Positions 24,201 through 37,269 of a stretch of 64,000 bases of DNA are shown here, piece after piece. Origin of the DNA: Ginglymostoma cirratum (lineage: Eukaryota); assembly GCA_024137785.1 (NCBI GenBank), contig JAHRHZ010000021.1, forward strand, positions 21,588,632 through 21,652,631. Reading direction: 5' to 3'. Position 1 is the stretch's first letter, and the number at the start of each line of letters is the position of its first letter. The notes beneath the pieces are model-generated. The model saw only the letters and a list, made by a program, of their open reading frames with translations. It made no database searches and was not told the origin of the DNA. The position numbers and the translations under genes were made by a program.

Positions 24201-26393
24201 TTGCAACATAATGGTAAAGTAGAAATGTTCACTGTTGTTTACGGGAAGCTGCAAAAGCTTACAATAGGAATAGCATTGTCTTGTAATAGTCTTGCATGAA
24301 AGAAGGTGTGACAGAATGATCAGTAATGTACACAGCCTGATTGACAGGCTGGTGAAGGATACTAAGAAATGTATCTAAATGCATTGTTGCACTATATATT
24401 CACACATTGCATCCTCCTTAAAACCTTTCCTTGCGACAGCAGTTCCAACAACAATTTGCTTTTATATTGAGGTTTCAATACAATGAAATGTCCCAAGCAT
24501 TTCAGAAGGATATTATCAAGTAATACTTCACACCAAGCCACGTAAAGGCTTATTTGGATGGGTGGTCATGAATATAGGTTTCAAGGAAGTGACCTTAAAG
24601 GAAGGCAGATGAGGACTGAACAGTCATCAGATATGGGGCCAGATGCTGGACTGCATTACGGCTTACTAAAAATTCATGCTTGTACTTGAGTCCTCTTTCG
24701 TATCGTGTCTACAGTTCGTAAATATCTATTTCCTCCTTCAGACTTGCCAAAGGTTGCTTTGCCAATTGAAGCTTTCCAAAGGCTCATCGGAATATTTTCC
24801 AGACATTTCAAAGCCGTAATCACTTTAAATGCACTAAAATAAAGTTTGCCACACCTTCAAAATTCCCATCTGGAACGGTGTGAATGTGACACCCTCTTAA
24901 TTCGAAGTGCAAAGTTCCCATGTAAATTTTAGGTCCATTTGAACATTTTGAGCCTGAACTTCACCCAGATTTGAAAGTCCGGCTCCAAAATAAGATTTTT
25001 AGAAGTTGTTATTCAACACTGGGACCAGGCAGATGAACTGAAATGGCCTTTTCTGTTCTTGTACATTCCTGTTTAGAAATAGCTGTGTTAAACTGCATGT
25101 GTGGCTTCCACTGAGTAATAATACCTACCACTTTTAGCTCCTGTCACCCAGCCAGTCACTGGGCACAGTTTCGAAAGAGAGAACAGCTGATCTGTGAATG
25201 GCAGCGCCACTGAATCTAAAACTAATCATGTGTCAATTAGCACAAGCTGAAAGTGCAGAACAAACTGGACTGATTTTAGTCTTCAAAAATAATTGGCAAT
25301 TGCAAATCACAGAAAGAGGGAGAAATTGGATAAAACAAGATATTTAAAACATCTTTGTTTTCAAACATAGATGAGTCTAGTCTGGTTAGTGCTTTCAAGA
25401 ATATCCCGTACCAAATTTTGTTAAGTCATCAGATTATTATAAAACTAAAATTAGTTTATCATTTATTAGTTCTAGCAGTCCATTTTATTCCTAATTTCTA
25501 AGAAACAGTATAGATAGTTCAATACTTACAGTATCTGCAGTGGATTTATTTGATTATCATTATGTTAAAATGTCCATATCTGGCTTATTTAATTACTGTT
25601 ACCGTTATTTACTATGAAAAGTGGAATAACGATAAAGAAATTTTAAGTAGGGAGATACCTGAGAAAATATAAAACAGCATTTCTCATACATGTTTATAGA
25701 CCTTCAGTAACTCTGATCTGATCACAGTTAGTTGACTAATTAGTGTGTTAAATTGAATTCTTAAAATCACTAGCAATCACAATTCTGTTTCTCTTAAGTA
25801 GTAATAGATATTTCATTAAATTGAACTGTCCTCACGGTTCGATGTGCTTTTAAAAATCTATGATTCATTTCCCTGAGCCTGCAGAATGGGCAAATGGGCG
25901 CGTTAAATACAGGAAAATCATTTGGGCACCTTTCCAGGTATGCCCTTTCACCAGTCCTACTTTATTCTCTATCCTTTGTGCCCATGTAACCTAATGGTCC
26001 CCTCTGTAGACACTGTTCTCCAGTTCTGAAACTGTCAAGACACAAGGCAAATTTAATAACTTTGGTCCTCAATTCAGACCTTTGCCAGTCTGAAGTATAT
26101 CCTTTCACAGTGATTTGTATCAATGTATCAATTTTGCCAAAACCTGAGTCCGTTATGTAGAGTTGTGAATGGAGCAGAACATTCAACTGCCTGTTTCAGT
26201 GAAGGACATGCAAGGGAAAACTGGCAGGCACTCTCCTGTCTTGTACAAGAACATTTCTGTCAGCTGATCACAGAGCAGTGCTGCCAAAGGCAATGGTCCA
26301 GAATATCCTGACCTTTTGACTGGAGAAGGAAAGATATACCACTTAGAGTTACAATGGCAATCTAAAGGGTTATTTACGGACCTATATTTGGAG

Positions 26394-27101
26394 GGTATCA
26401 CAATACACAGGTTGTGTACAGTACAACTGATGTGTTCAAAGAAAAGATTACAAGTGTAATCATTCTTTTACTGCTGTTTGAGATATCTCAGCAGTCTGAG
26501 CCTTAAAAACCTATGTTTCTTGACCAAATATTCATTCTCAGGGAAACAGCGGAACTTTCTCTGTTGGATCACTATCTCAGAAATAACGAGGACAAACGTA
26601 ATCCTGATTTCAGGATGGGGTCAAATCTGGGGCAGCCCCAGATATGGGGAAATTCCTGAGTGACCCCAGAAGTGCAGCCTGATAAATGTTGCAAATCCCA
26701 AAGATGTCTACCAGAAACAGCTGCTTAGTTAAATCTGCACATCCCTGGGATATGTTCATCAGAAGTTTTAACTTTAGTGATGGCATTTATGTGTTCTTTA
26801 TCAATTAATTCACAATTATAATTTTACCTGGATCAGCTATAGAAGCATGCATCATCTAAAGGATATGTGTGTCAAGGCCTTTTGACAATATTTCAGATCA
26901 TAAAAATAACTAGTGTTGGCAGTTCACAAAGGTTACAGTGTTTGGTTAAGTCATTAAATGCATCTATTTACATTTAAAAAATGTGGTTGATTTGTTCGCC
27001 ATACCATGTGACCTCAAACAGCAGTAAAGGAATGGCTATGCTTATAATCTTTTCTTTGAACACATCAGTTGTACCGTACACAACCTGTATATTGTGATAC
27101 C
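26394..27101. repeat. 89-bp inverted repeat (26394-26482 / 27013-27101), possible MITE or fold-back
   Basis: Arms align without gaps, 8 mismatches in 89 bp. Confidence 0.85.
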
Positions 27102-27754
27102 ATATGACCATATCATCCTTTATACCCCGAGTTCCTGATTGTCTGTCTGGAAACAGCATTTTCAAGGTTGTTTTCAGCAAGTCTTCTACAAATCATTTTT
27201 AGGATTAGTAACATCTTCATAATAGGCAGTGGGATCTAGGGATAAACTCCTTCACAGAAAATTAGTGAAAATGTATGGAAATTATATGTGTGTGAAATTA
27301 AAACATTCGGCATTAAGTACAAAGGATGGGAAAGGAAGATTAAAATAAAGAGTTGATTTTAACTTTTGGTAATGGTGTAAAATGGGCAAAAGCAGTCAGC
27401 CTTGCAGGATACACCCTGTCTGATTTTCCTGTCACCTGATGTCTCTCACAACACTGGCACTTGACTATGGGAAGTTGAATTGGAAGATACTGAAGATACT
27501 GCTTGTAGTGAAACTGATGGACAAAGTGGACACTCTGCCACAAACCTGAATGGCATGGAAACCATGCTGAGGGAGAAGGAACAAAGGAAACAGGAGCAGG
27601 AATAGGCCATTTGGCTACTTAAGCCTGTCCAGCCATTCAACAATATCCTGATTACTCTTCTATCTCAACTGTTATATTTTAATATTTCAGCATGATTTAG
27701 GAATTATAATATCACATGTAGATATTCATATATATTCAGACATCTTCATTCTTA

Positions 27755-27890
27755 CTAGTGTGGCCTACATGTGACTCCAGACCCACAGCAATGTGGGTGA
27801 TTCTTAACTGCCCTCTGGGTAACTAGGGATGGGCAATAAATGCTGGCTTAGCCAGTGACACCCTCATCCAATGAATGAACTAAACAAAAT
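27755..27890 (+). mobile_element. SINE 3' fragment with LINE-derived tail
   Basis: cctacatgtgactccagacccacagcaatgt...tagggatgggcaataaatgctggc matches 57065-57410. Confidence 0.7.
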
Positions 27891-28329
27891 TCACTCCTGT
27901 ATGGTCTGTGTACTGAGGGACACATCTTTCTGCAGTACACGATGATATATGAGACATACATTCACTGCCAGATCTGGCATTTGTCTGGAAGTTTGATTAT
28001 TTCAAAATTCTGGAAATCCGAAGACATAACAGAATATAAAGAAAAATCACGAAGACAACAAGCTTTTTGCCCAGCAGGGTCTTATGTAGAGGGAAAATTG
28101 GGAAAACTCCCTGATGGTGTTTGGAATGTGTGATGATTGAGTAAAACCAAAGAAAAGGCTCATAGATAATGCAATGCTGAATAGTATTAAAAGATGTATT
28201 GGGAATTCTGCAAATGCACGATTGGACAAAAGGTTCAAAGGAATTCCATGATTTTGTGAATACAATTAGATTGTTGTGTGCGTGTGCGCTGAAGTTTCCA
28301 AAATAGGTATTTCTCCCTAATTGTAAAGT

Positions 28330-29040
28330 GCCTTGATTTTTCCAAACTTCAGCACTGTTGTTGCACCTGTAACAAAGTTGTTGAAGAAAGGCAGAACATT
28401 TGAATGGATGCTAGAGTGTCAAAGTGCCTTTGAAAACTTGAAAACTGTGCTGACAACCACATTAGTTTTGGATGTGCTGAATTATGCAAAGCCATTTAAA
28501 CTGGCTGTTGATGCCAGTGACATTGGCGTGTGGCTGTTTTGATGAGATGGGCACTGCATGGGCTGTCAGTTATTTTTCAAAGAAACTGACCGCATGTAAC
28601 CAAAGATATTCAATGGGTGAAGGAGCAATAGAGGTTGTGGTGGCTCTACATCCTTTCAAAATATACATTAGCAACAATATATAAGAAACTGTTAATTATA
28701 TGAACCACAGTCCTTTGATTTTCTCAGAAAAAATTCGGGACAAGAGCTTATGATTGTTTTGGTGGAGCTTAATTCTCTAACCCTATAATTTGAAAGACGC
28801 TCATGCGCCTAGAAAGGAAAATATTTTCGCAAACTCTTTATTACGAGCACATTTGAAGGACATTGAGTGATGTGGTGTCCTTGGATTTGTGTATGATATG
28901 GTTGCTGTGTAACTCATTGTATGTTGAATGTCTCTGTTATTACTGTTAGGGTGACATAGGAGTAGTGTTAAGATAATTTTCATGAATAAGAAGAATGCTT
29001 CTTAGTGATGAATTTTCATTCTTCTTTGGAGCCAGTGTGA
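28330..29040 (+). mobile_element. Ty3/Gypsy LTR retrotransposon remnant (RT connection + RNase H)
   Basis: FPNFSTVVAPVTKLLKK..FEW..ECQSAFENLK..PFKLAVDASDIGV, AVSYFSKKL..NQRYS, ENIFANSL. Confidence 0.85.
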
Positions 29041-29427
29041 TGCCAGTTGTGTGATTTGTGTGATTTTAGAGTTTGGATTTTGAACTGCAGTGCAAACACA
29101 CAAGCTTATCTTGGTTTGTGAAATCTTCTATCTGATATTTATGGCAGTGCAACCAATATGAGCATCTTTAGGTATTGTCATACTGCATGAGATTCAAACA
29201 TATCCATGCTGGCGGAACAGACTACAGATTATGCATGCAAATCAGTAGAAGCTGAAGATGTTATTAAAGTTGATCCATCACACATTGCAACTATTCTCAC
29301 TGGCTCTGGCCAATGAGCAATTGCCAAAGATGAGTTCATCCATTTTGGCGATGAGGAGGCTAACTTGGTAGATCATGGCTAGTCATTTTCACGATCAAAC
29401 CAGCCCTAATACTGAAAGCAATATGCC

Positions 29428-29650
29428 AAGATATCATGGATAAACACAGCAGGCCAGGCAGCATTAGAGGAGCAGGAAAGCTGACATTTCGGATCTGGAC
29501 CCTTTTTCAAAAATGGGGGAGGGGAAGGGGACTCTGAAATAAATAGAGGCTGGGGGAGGCAGATGGAAGGTGGATGAAGGAGCAGATAGGTGGAGTGGAG
29601 ACGGACAGGTGACAATGGAGCAGATAGGTGGAGAGGAGATGAAGGAGCAG
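29428..29650 (-). mobile_element. Penelope pLTR fragment
   Basis: Matches the reverse complement of ~20050-20263. Confidence 0.75.
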
Positions 29651-30439
29651 AGCCTGTCCGTCTCTTAATGATCACTTACGAGCCTCATCCCATTGCTACT
29701 GGGAGTAACCCAAGTAGAAGGTCCTGTCACCAAGTAACGTGCATGGCAGGGAAAACTGAGCATGTGTCTTGTCCCATTTAGGGGACGAGATGGGGTGGGG
29801 TCCATGATTGAAGACAATCAGTGGCTGATTTGAGGGTTTTGAAATCAGGAAGGGGAGGTTCCAATGACAGCCATCTTCCTGCCCTGTTCTGGTCCCTCTC
29901 CCCAACCTACACTCACCGTCATGTAATTAACCCCATTCCACCAGCTCTCACCTCCACTCCTGATCAATTTATGTGGGTCCTCTGTGTGATTCCAGGATTC
30001 AGGAAGGGAAGGGTGGCAGTCCCCCTCTGGCAGCAGCTGTGACCTCCTCAGGGCCAAGCGGTGCTGAGCACAGGAGCTGCTGGCCTCTGACTGGTTGCCA
30101 GCTCTCATTTGGTGGGGTTCCCAGTCCCAGGGCCTGGATCCAAGGGCTGACATACCAATGGCCTCAGCGCTGCCTGATTGCCAAGTGGTTTTAGTGGTTA
30201 CAGAAGAGGCAGTGTAGGTGAGACTCCTGAACTTTCAATGAAGCCACAATAAGATTCTGCTCCATCGGTGAAAAATGTACTTTAGTTATTTGCCAGCAAC
30301 TACAATGCCAATGTGGGGTACCAACAGATGGCACCACTATATTACCTGATTATGCAATTTCTCACACATATATGCAAAATACATAATGTTTCTAAAGGTG
30401 CAGCATGTTTCCAACAATTTAATAACATGGCAATTTTAT

Positions 30440-31378
30440 TTCAAGATGGAGGTGCTGGCATGGTAAGTAGTGTTCGGCATCCTGAGCCTGTCCAATCCAG
30501 GCTGGTGGCATCCTTTTCCTTCTCTCGTTTTTGTCTTTTTCTTTTTCTTTTCTTTCTTCATCTTTGAGGCCAGAGCATTGTTGGTGGGAGGGCAGATGCA
30601 GCGTTGCTAGTGTGTATCAGGGTTCCTGGCAGCAGTGGCAGTGTCCAGAGTGGGGAGTCCTGGCAGCAGTAGGCCCAGAGCCTGGACTCTTGGCTGCGAG
30701 ATATCGGCTGCGGTGGTGACGATGCCTGGAGCAGGGAGTCCTGGCTGCGGTAGACCTGGCATGGGGACTCTTGGTGCCGTCAGTGAGGCGGTGGTACCAG
30801 TGGAGCCACCGTCTCCTAGGCCATCGGTGTTTTTGTTACTGTACCCAGAGCGGGGACTCCTTGAGGCCAGGATCACCTTGCTCAAGCCCTGGAGCCGTGT
30901 TTGAGACCCAATTTGAACAGAAGATGGACTTTTTTTACAGAATCTCTACATGTGGAAACAGGCCATTTGGCCCAATGAGTCCATAATGACCCTCTGAAGA
31001 GCATCCTACCCAGACCCATCTGCTACCTTATCCCTGTAACCTTGCATTTCCGAAAGTTAACCCACCTATCTTACACATCCCTGAACACTACAGGCAATTT
31101 ATCATGGCCAATCCACCTAACCTGCACATCTTTGGACTGTGGGAGGAAACTGGATCACCCAATGGGAAACCATGCATACAAAGGGAGAGCACACAAACTC
31201 CACGCAGACAGTTGCCTGAGGGTGGAATTTGAACCTGGATCCCTGGCTCTGTGAGGCAGCAGCGCAAGTAACTTTTTATTCTTTTTGTAACTCAAAATGG
31301 TGCCAGATTGTGGTGACAAAACACTTTTTTCACTGTATCTTCCTAGGTATATGTGACAATAAAATCATTCATTCATAT
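30440..31378 (+). mobile_element. GC-rich non-autonomous retroposon-like repeat, interrupted by HE1 SINE
   Basis: Starts with YY1-like caagatgg; ends tttcactgtat...atgtgacaataaa plus (attc)n, a LINE-type 3' tail; no coding homology recognised. Confidence 0.45.
30937..31265 (-). mobile_element. HE1-type V-SINE
   Basis: Reverse complement matches 10868-11967 and 20975-21292. Confidence 0.85.
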
Positions 31379-34300
31379 TTCACAAAATGCAAATTCAGCA
31401 GTATCCTGTAGTTTTCTCTACATTTCTTTCCTGTTATATACAGGATGCTTTGTCTTTTAATATAGAAGAGCTCTTGATGCTTAAAACCATTAACCTCTCA
31501 GCAGACTTTTCCAGCCACTTCAATTAAGTTTTCTCAATTTCTCTTACTGTGCTAGATGACTTTCACTGGCATTGTACTACTGCGGAGAGATCAGGTTTAC
31601 AAAATAAAGGTTGCCATCTGTACCTCATTATTAAGAGAGTCTTCAAAGCTGGGGTGCAATCAGACTGAATTTTCTTTAGTAACATCATCAGACACAACAT
31701 TGCTGGACAACACATGGTGCCAGCTGGCATGCAGCTGGTTCAGATTGCAAGCTGTCTTCTCAATGTCCTTTACTATGATCAGAATTCTTTGCAACGATTT
31801 TGTTCAACTTAATTTAAATCTTGCATTTATTTTATCCATTGTTTATGGTTCCTAAAATAATTATCCCGCGTCCCTGCATCTCTTCTTGTTCTTTTTTACA
31901 ATACTGTGTTGCATGGTAGATTAAGTTCTATTCGCTTTCCAATGAACCATATTATTTTGTCTTTATTTTGTGCAAAGTATGCCAACTGATTTAGCTAATC
32001 CTGTAATTAAAGTTTTGACTGTCACTGGAAATGTAAAGCAAGGCTGTTAGAGATGCTTAAGTTGTTCACTGGAATGATTTTGTCAGCAAAATTAAAGTTT
32101 TTCTTTATTTGACCCATTTTCCTATATGGAAAAAAAAACTGAATAAGTATTGTCTACTTTGATTTGCCACATAATTTGTCATTTTCAGTCATTGTGGATG
32201 CGGAATTTTGCTGTTCACTGTGAAATCATAGCACCAATTTTTCAAGTTTAATTTCCCTGTCGAAATACATGTGTGAAGCATAACTTTAGCAGTGCCATAA
32301 TGCTGTTAAAATATGATCCCAACTGAAGACTTAGTTGCACCTTTTTACGGATTCAATAGATGCCCTGCAGTATTACAGCATATAATGTCATTTGTTATAT
32401 TGGATTGAATTTTCATTCAAGGATCTTTGGGATACATGGGATATCTTCTAAAGCAGTTGCTTATTCGTCTCTCAAATGATTAAATTTGGGACAATCCAAA
32501 ATTGTAATAAATATACATACAGAAAGAATTGAATTTTCTCGGCCTTCCCAAAGCCTTTAGAGGAATGAGAGGGGAAACTTAATTGGGTGGGAGGCAAAAA
32601 TTCCATTTTAAACCAGCAGTCTCTCTAAATTCAGGTCTCCATGGTGTGAAACCTGTTTTACTTCCGTTAGCACGTCATAAATACTTATTAAATTGGCAGC
32701 CTGCTGGAAGTACATTCACAGGCACGTGTCAAGCAAAAACAGGAAACACGCGTCCACAAATCTGATTACATACATGAAGTGTGCACCTGATGGGGTAGTC
32801 TGTTTCTTCCAAGCTGTGGTAAGTCCAAACTTCTTCACTAATGTGTCTCCTGCATTAACTGTTTCTTTGCACAAATGCTTACAGTGTAAGGGGTGAAAGC
32901 TTGCCCTGGTCAACTTCCTCCTAAGAATGTTCAATCAACCTGCAGTCTTCTTTCTTGAAGTTAAATATTGACTTTGTTAGGAGGAAAAGCCGGCTGGTCA
33001 TTACCAGTCTGCCCAAGGGAGGCAGTCTGATGCCAGTAACTCAGGCAAGTAGGGTTCAATTTAAGGAAGGATCAACTTTAATCGTGGTGGGCAAAGGGGA
33101 GAATAAATAAAGAGAGCAGTAGAAAAATGGTCTGGGTGGAAAGGAAATTTAAGGAATGGTATTTAAAGGGTGTAGTCAAGAGGGGCGCTGGATGGATCCA
33201 GAGGGAAAGTAAAAGTGATTGGGGCTTGAGACAAAGGGAAAGCTGGAAACTGAATGTTGAAGGTATGAATACAACAGGGTAATTAGGTGTGTTGGGAGAG
33301 ACATCAGGTGACTGAACAAGGGGGAAGTGTAAGAATGATGCAGGTCATCAGGATCTGGATGGAAATTGGATCAGAGAGAAACACAGGAATGTTGAGGGAG
33401 ATGTTTAATCTTTCTTTTCTGCCACGATGTCCTGGTGCCACCTCATTAGCTGAGCCTTAGGAATTCTGCTGGTTACTCTACTGTCTCAAATGTCTATGGC
33501 TGTTATCAGTTGGGCTTGAGCCTAAAGTGCTCTGGCCTACTGGGGGTCTCCTGAAAAAGTGAAGGTGCATTCTCCCTTAGTCTAACCTGCTGGATGTATC
33601 TGGGTTCCTAGTTGAGGGGTGATGTGCAGCAGGGCAATTACCAAGTACCTAATTGTCACACCATCTCCCTCTTGGTGCTCAATGGCATTCCCCTCATCTC
33701 TTTAGGGAATTGGGCACCAGGAGGGAGGTCAATGTCCTTTGCCCACTCTTACCTAGTACGTAAATAACTGACTCTGTATAGCAGCCACCACCTAGTCCAT
33801 GAAGTCAGCCAGTTGCTCACTTGCTGGAAACATGACATCAGCTAGGAGTTAAGAAGACTCCTCTGCCTTTCATTACACTGCACAAGATCTCTGAAACCTC
33901 TCTCAGATGTTCCCCATCATGCCTCTACATCTCCATCAGCTCATTAATGGCCAAGTCTGGAGGCCCATCATCTGTACTGAGCTCAACAGGTCCTGGTTCT
34001 CCAAATGCCTTCAGAATATCAGAGACTTTGGTAATTTCTTTCTCTTCTAACCTACTCTACATACTGAGTTACCCACTGAAGTTCATGTTTTTGTGCTAGC
34101 GGAGAGTGGAGTAGAAGACCATTATTATTTTATTTCTCTGAGACCCCTGACTATTCCTCCTCAGAGCTGTGCTATGGGGGCTGTTGGGCCTGTGCCTGGG
34201 GTTCTTCCTGTTCTCTTTGCCTTGGCTTGGGAGTAGGATCTGGAGACTGCAGGGTAAAATATAAAGATTTCTTAAAATGTTGTGATCCTTACTGTGACCA

Positions 34301-35101
34301 TTGCTGAGGTTTTATTGAAACGTTGCTCCTTGATGTGCAGTGCAAGCAGCTTTTTTAGGGCTTTCTGAGTAGATGGTTGCAATGATCTAAGTTTCCCTTC
34401 AGCATATACACATTCCCCTTGCTCTCCTGCCAGCCCAGTGCCCTACTCCTTGAAGGGGAAGAAGAGTCTTACATCAGGCACAGCCCCTCCCACCACCTGG
34501 GTACGATAATACTTATGTGCGTTGTTTTTCTCCTACTTAAGGAGAAAAGCATTAAGAGACATTAGTATGGGTTCCCAAACACTTTGGCTACATTGATAGA
34601 TAGAGATGGGGATGGGAGTTTGCAGAGCTCTGATTGTCCATGTGCAATATTTATAAGTGTAACATGGTACTGTGAAAGAAACTCTCAGTGGGCAGGATGT
34701 CTGCCCTCCCTTCAAGCATCCTTGGCTCTGGAAAAAGGCCCACTAGTGCTCTGTAAAGTGCTTGATTGGAACAAGATGTGGCACGCCTGCCCCAAAAGAG
34801 ATAAGGCTCTGGTCCAGTGTGTCCGAGGGAAATAAATAAGGGATACTTCACTATTATGAGGAGGTGGGTGATAGTTGCTGATGGGACTGTTGGTGTAGGT
34901 TAGGGATGGATTTGCAATGGAAAGCCAATGGCATAGATTCCTGATTAGACATTCTTTCGCCTTTTAGGATAGTTACATCACATTATGACTTGTGACATTC
35001 TGATGTAAAGGTACCTGCTTTGCTTAGAGTCTCTCTTTCTTCATGTAATAATGTCAGTGTAGTCAGTCAATGTGTGGTTATTAAGTATGATTATATCAGT
35101 A

Positions 35102-35715
35102 AGTCAAATACCTTGAAATTTATTTACAACGCTAGCTGTTTACAGGGCTACAATATCACAGGCTTACACACATAGTCTGGGTTCAGACTATGTGTGTAAG
35201 CCTGTGATNNNNNNNNNNNNNNNNNNNNNNNNNNNNNNNNNNNNNNNNNNNNNNNNNNNNNNNNNNNNNNNNNNNNNNNNNNNNNNNNNNNNNNNNNNNN
35301 NNNNNNNNNNNNNNNNNNNNNNNNNNNNNNNNNNNNNNNNNNNNNNNNNNNNNNNNNNNNNNNNNNNNNNNNNNNNNNNNNNNNNNNNNNNNNNNNNNNN
35401 NNNNNNNNNNNNNNNNNNNNNNNNNNNNNNNNNNNNNNNNNNNNNNNNNNNNNNNNNNNNNNNNNNNNNNNNNNNNNNNNNNNNNNNNNNNNNNNNNNNN
35501 NNNNNNNNNNNNNNNNNNNNNNNNNNNNNNNNNNNNNNNNNNNNNNNNNNNNNNNNNNNNNNNNNNNNNNNNNNNNNNNNNNNNNNNNNNNNNNNNNNNN
35601 NNNNNNNNATCACAGGCTTACACACATAGTCTGAACCCAGACTATGTGTGTAAGCCTGTGATATTGTAGCCCTGTAAACAGCTAGCGTTGTAAATAAATT
35701 TCAAGGTATTTGACT
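35102..35715. repeat. Perfect inverted repeat around a 400-N gap; probably one ~160-bp palindrome (78-bp arms, 4-nt loop)
   Basis: 35102-35208 is the exact reverse complement of 35609-35715; each side contains the 54-bp hairpin centre. Confidence 0.9.
35209..35608. other. Assembly gap (400 N)
   Basis: Directly visible. Confidence 1.
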
Positions 35716-37269
35716 CAACAGAAGTTGACTATCTACAGTCTATGTTACACAGGCTAATATCCTGAAAACCACAAACTGCATCTTGGTGGCAGCAAGTGAG
35801 AACTAAAAGCTAGTTGTAACAATTTGTTATTGGCAATAATTGGATGCTAAAGGATGAAGAAGTGACAGGTGTGAAATATCTTTTTGATAACAGTTATCCG
35901 TCATCAGTCCAAGTCTAGGCTGAAGTTACAACTACAACCAATATTGAAGCACTAGAACCAAAATTAAAGGCCTCAAACCTATATTGAAGTGTTATGTATT
36001 TTACATCTCCCTTTCTATTTAAAAGACAAAATATAAGAGGCTGCTGCTGATCTGATTCAAAAAAAAACTGGTAGTTTAAATGTGCTGAAAGGACATCTCC
36101 ATTCGAAAAAGAAATGTGTAAAACAAAATACAGAAAATAAACATATAAAAAGCTATTTCAGTACTTTCATGTGTACAGAAGTCAATTGAAACCACTATTA
36201 TATTTTCCCATAATGGTGCAAAAATTTTAAAAAGGCACAGAAATATTACCCTTATTTCTTGTTTTGAGGTAAACACCATCTACAGTGACAAGCCTGTGAC
36301 TTTTGAGAAGGCAACAAGTCTTAAAGCTCACACACCCACCCAAATCAACTCCAATTTCCACTGGCCCCAATATCCTCCACCAGTGCTAATACACCCCCCA
36401 ATTCAGACCTGCACTAGGCTCTCAATGACTTATCTGGCACCCTGAATATGAAGGCACTGAGAATATGACAACTGACTGCTGCAAAAGGGAGCATGACTTG
36501 ACTTTTTCCATGATCCTGTACTAGGGGGGAGCTGTGCTGGTTTCAGTTCCGCATTACCAAAGAAGACATGATCAAAATTCACTGTAAGAAATGTGGAACT
36601 CTACACTAATGCAAAACAAGTGGAATGGAGTAGCAATCTGACCGTGCTTTCCGCTCCTTGGAATATCTGAGCTAACATGTCTGCTTGTCCATGGATCAGT
36701 GCCAGACCCGCCCTCACCTCAGAGATGCCTGGATTCCTCCTCCCCTCATCACAACCATCACCTGCAACAGTGGCTGCTGCCGGTCTCATTTTTCACTTTG
36801 TTGTTTCTCATCCCGCGTCCCACACTAACCCCTAAATTGGGTTTGTGTGCTACCATGACCAACCCAGCACCCCTGTTGGACACACCTCATACCACCCTTC
36901 CAGCTCACATACCCTGCACCCACACCCCTGTGCCACCTGTCAAAGCCGGAGAACCCCAGGAGAGTGCCAGACAGTGCGGGTGCTGCTGTGTTGTTGCTGT
37001 TTTGGGTGGTGCCTGTGAAAGGGCACTTGCACAAATTGTACATGCAGACTTAAAAAAAGACCGAGGACAGTCAGCATCCTGGGAATGTCAGTCCTGGACA
37101 CTGAACAGGAAGACTATTTCTAGGATAATCCCAGAAAATCCTGGATAGCTAGTAACCCTGCTCTCCTCCACATCAACTCCAAAAGAAACCATCTGTTATC
37201 TCTATTTCTCTCTTCACGGATGCTGACAGGCCTGCTGAGTACTTCTATAGTTTTGTTTTGTTTCAGTTA

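Noticed and set aside
35188-35629. Two mirror-image 145-aa ORFs
   Set aside because: Artefacts of translating through the N gap between inverted arms.
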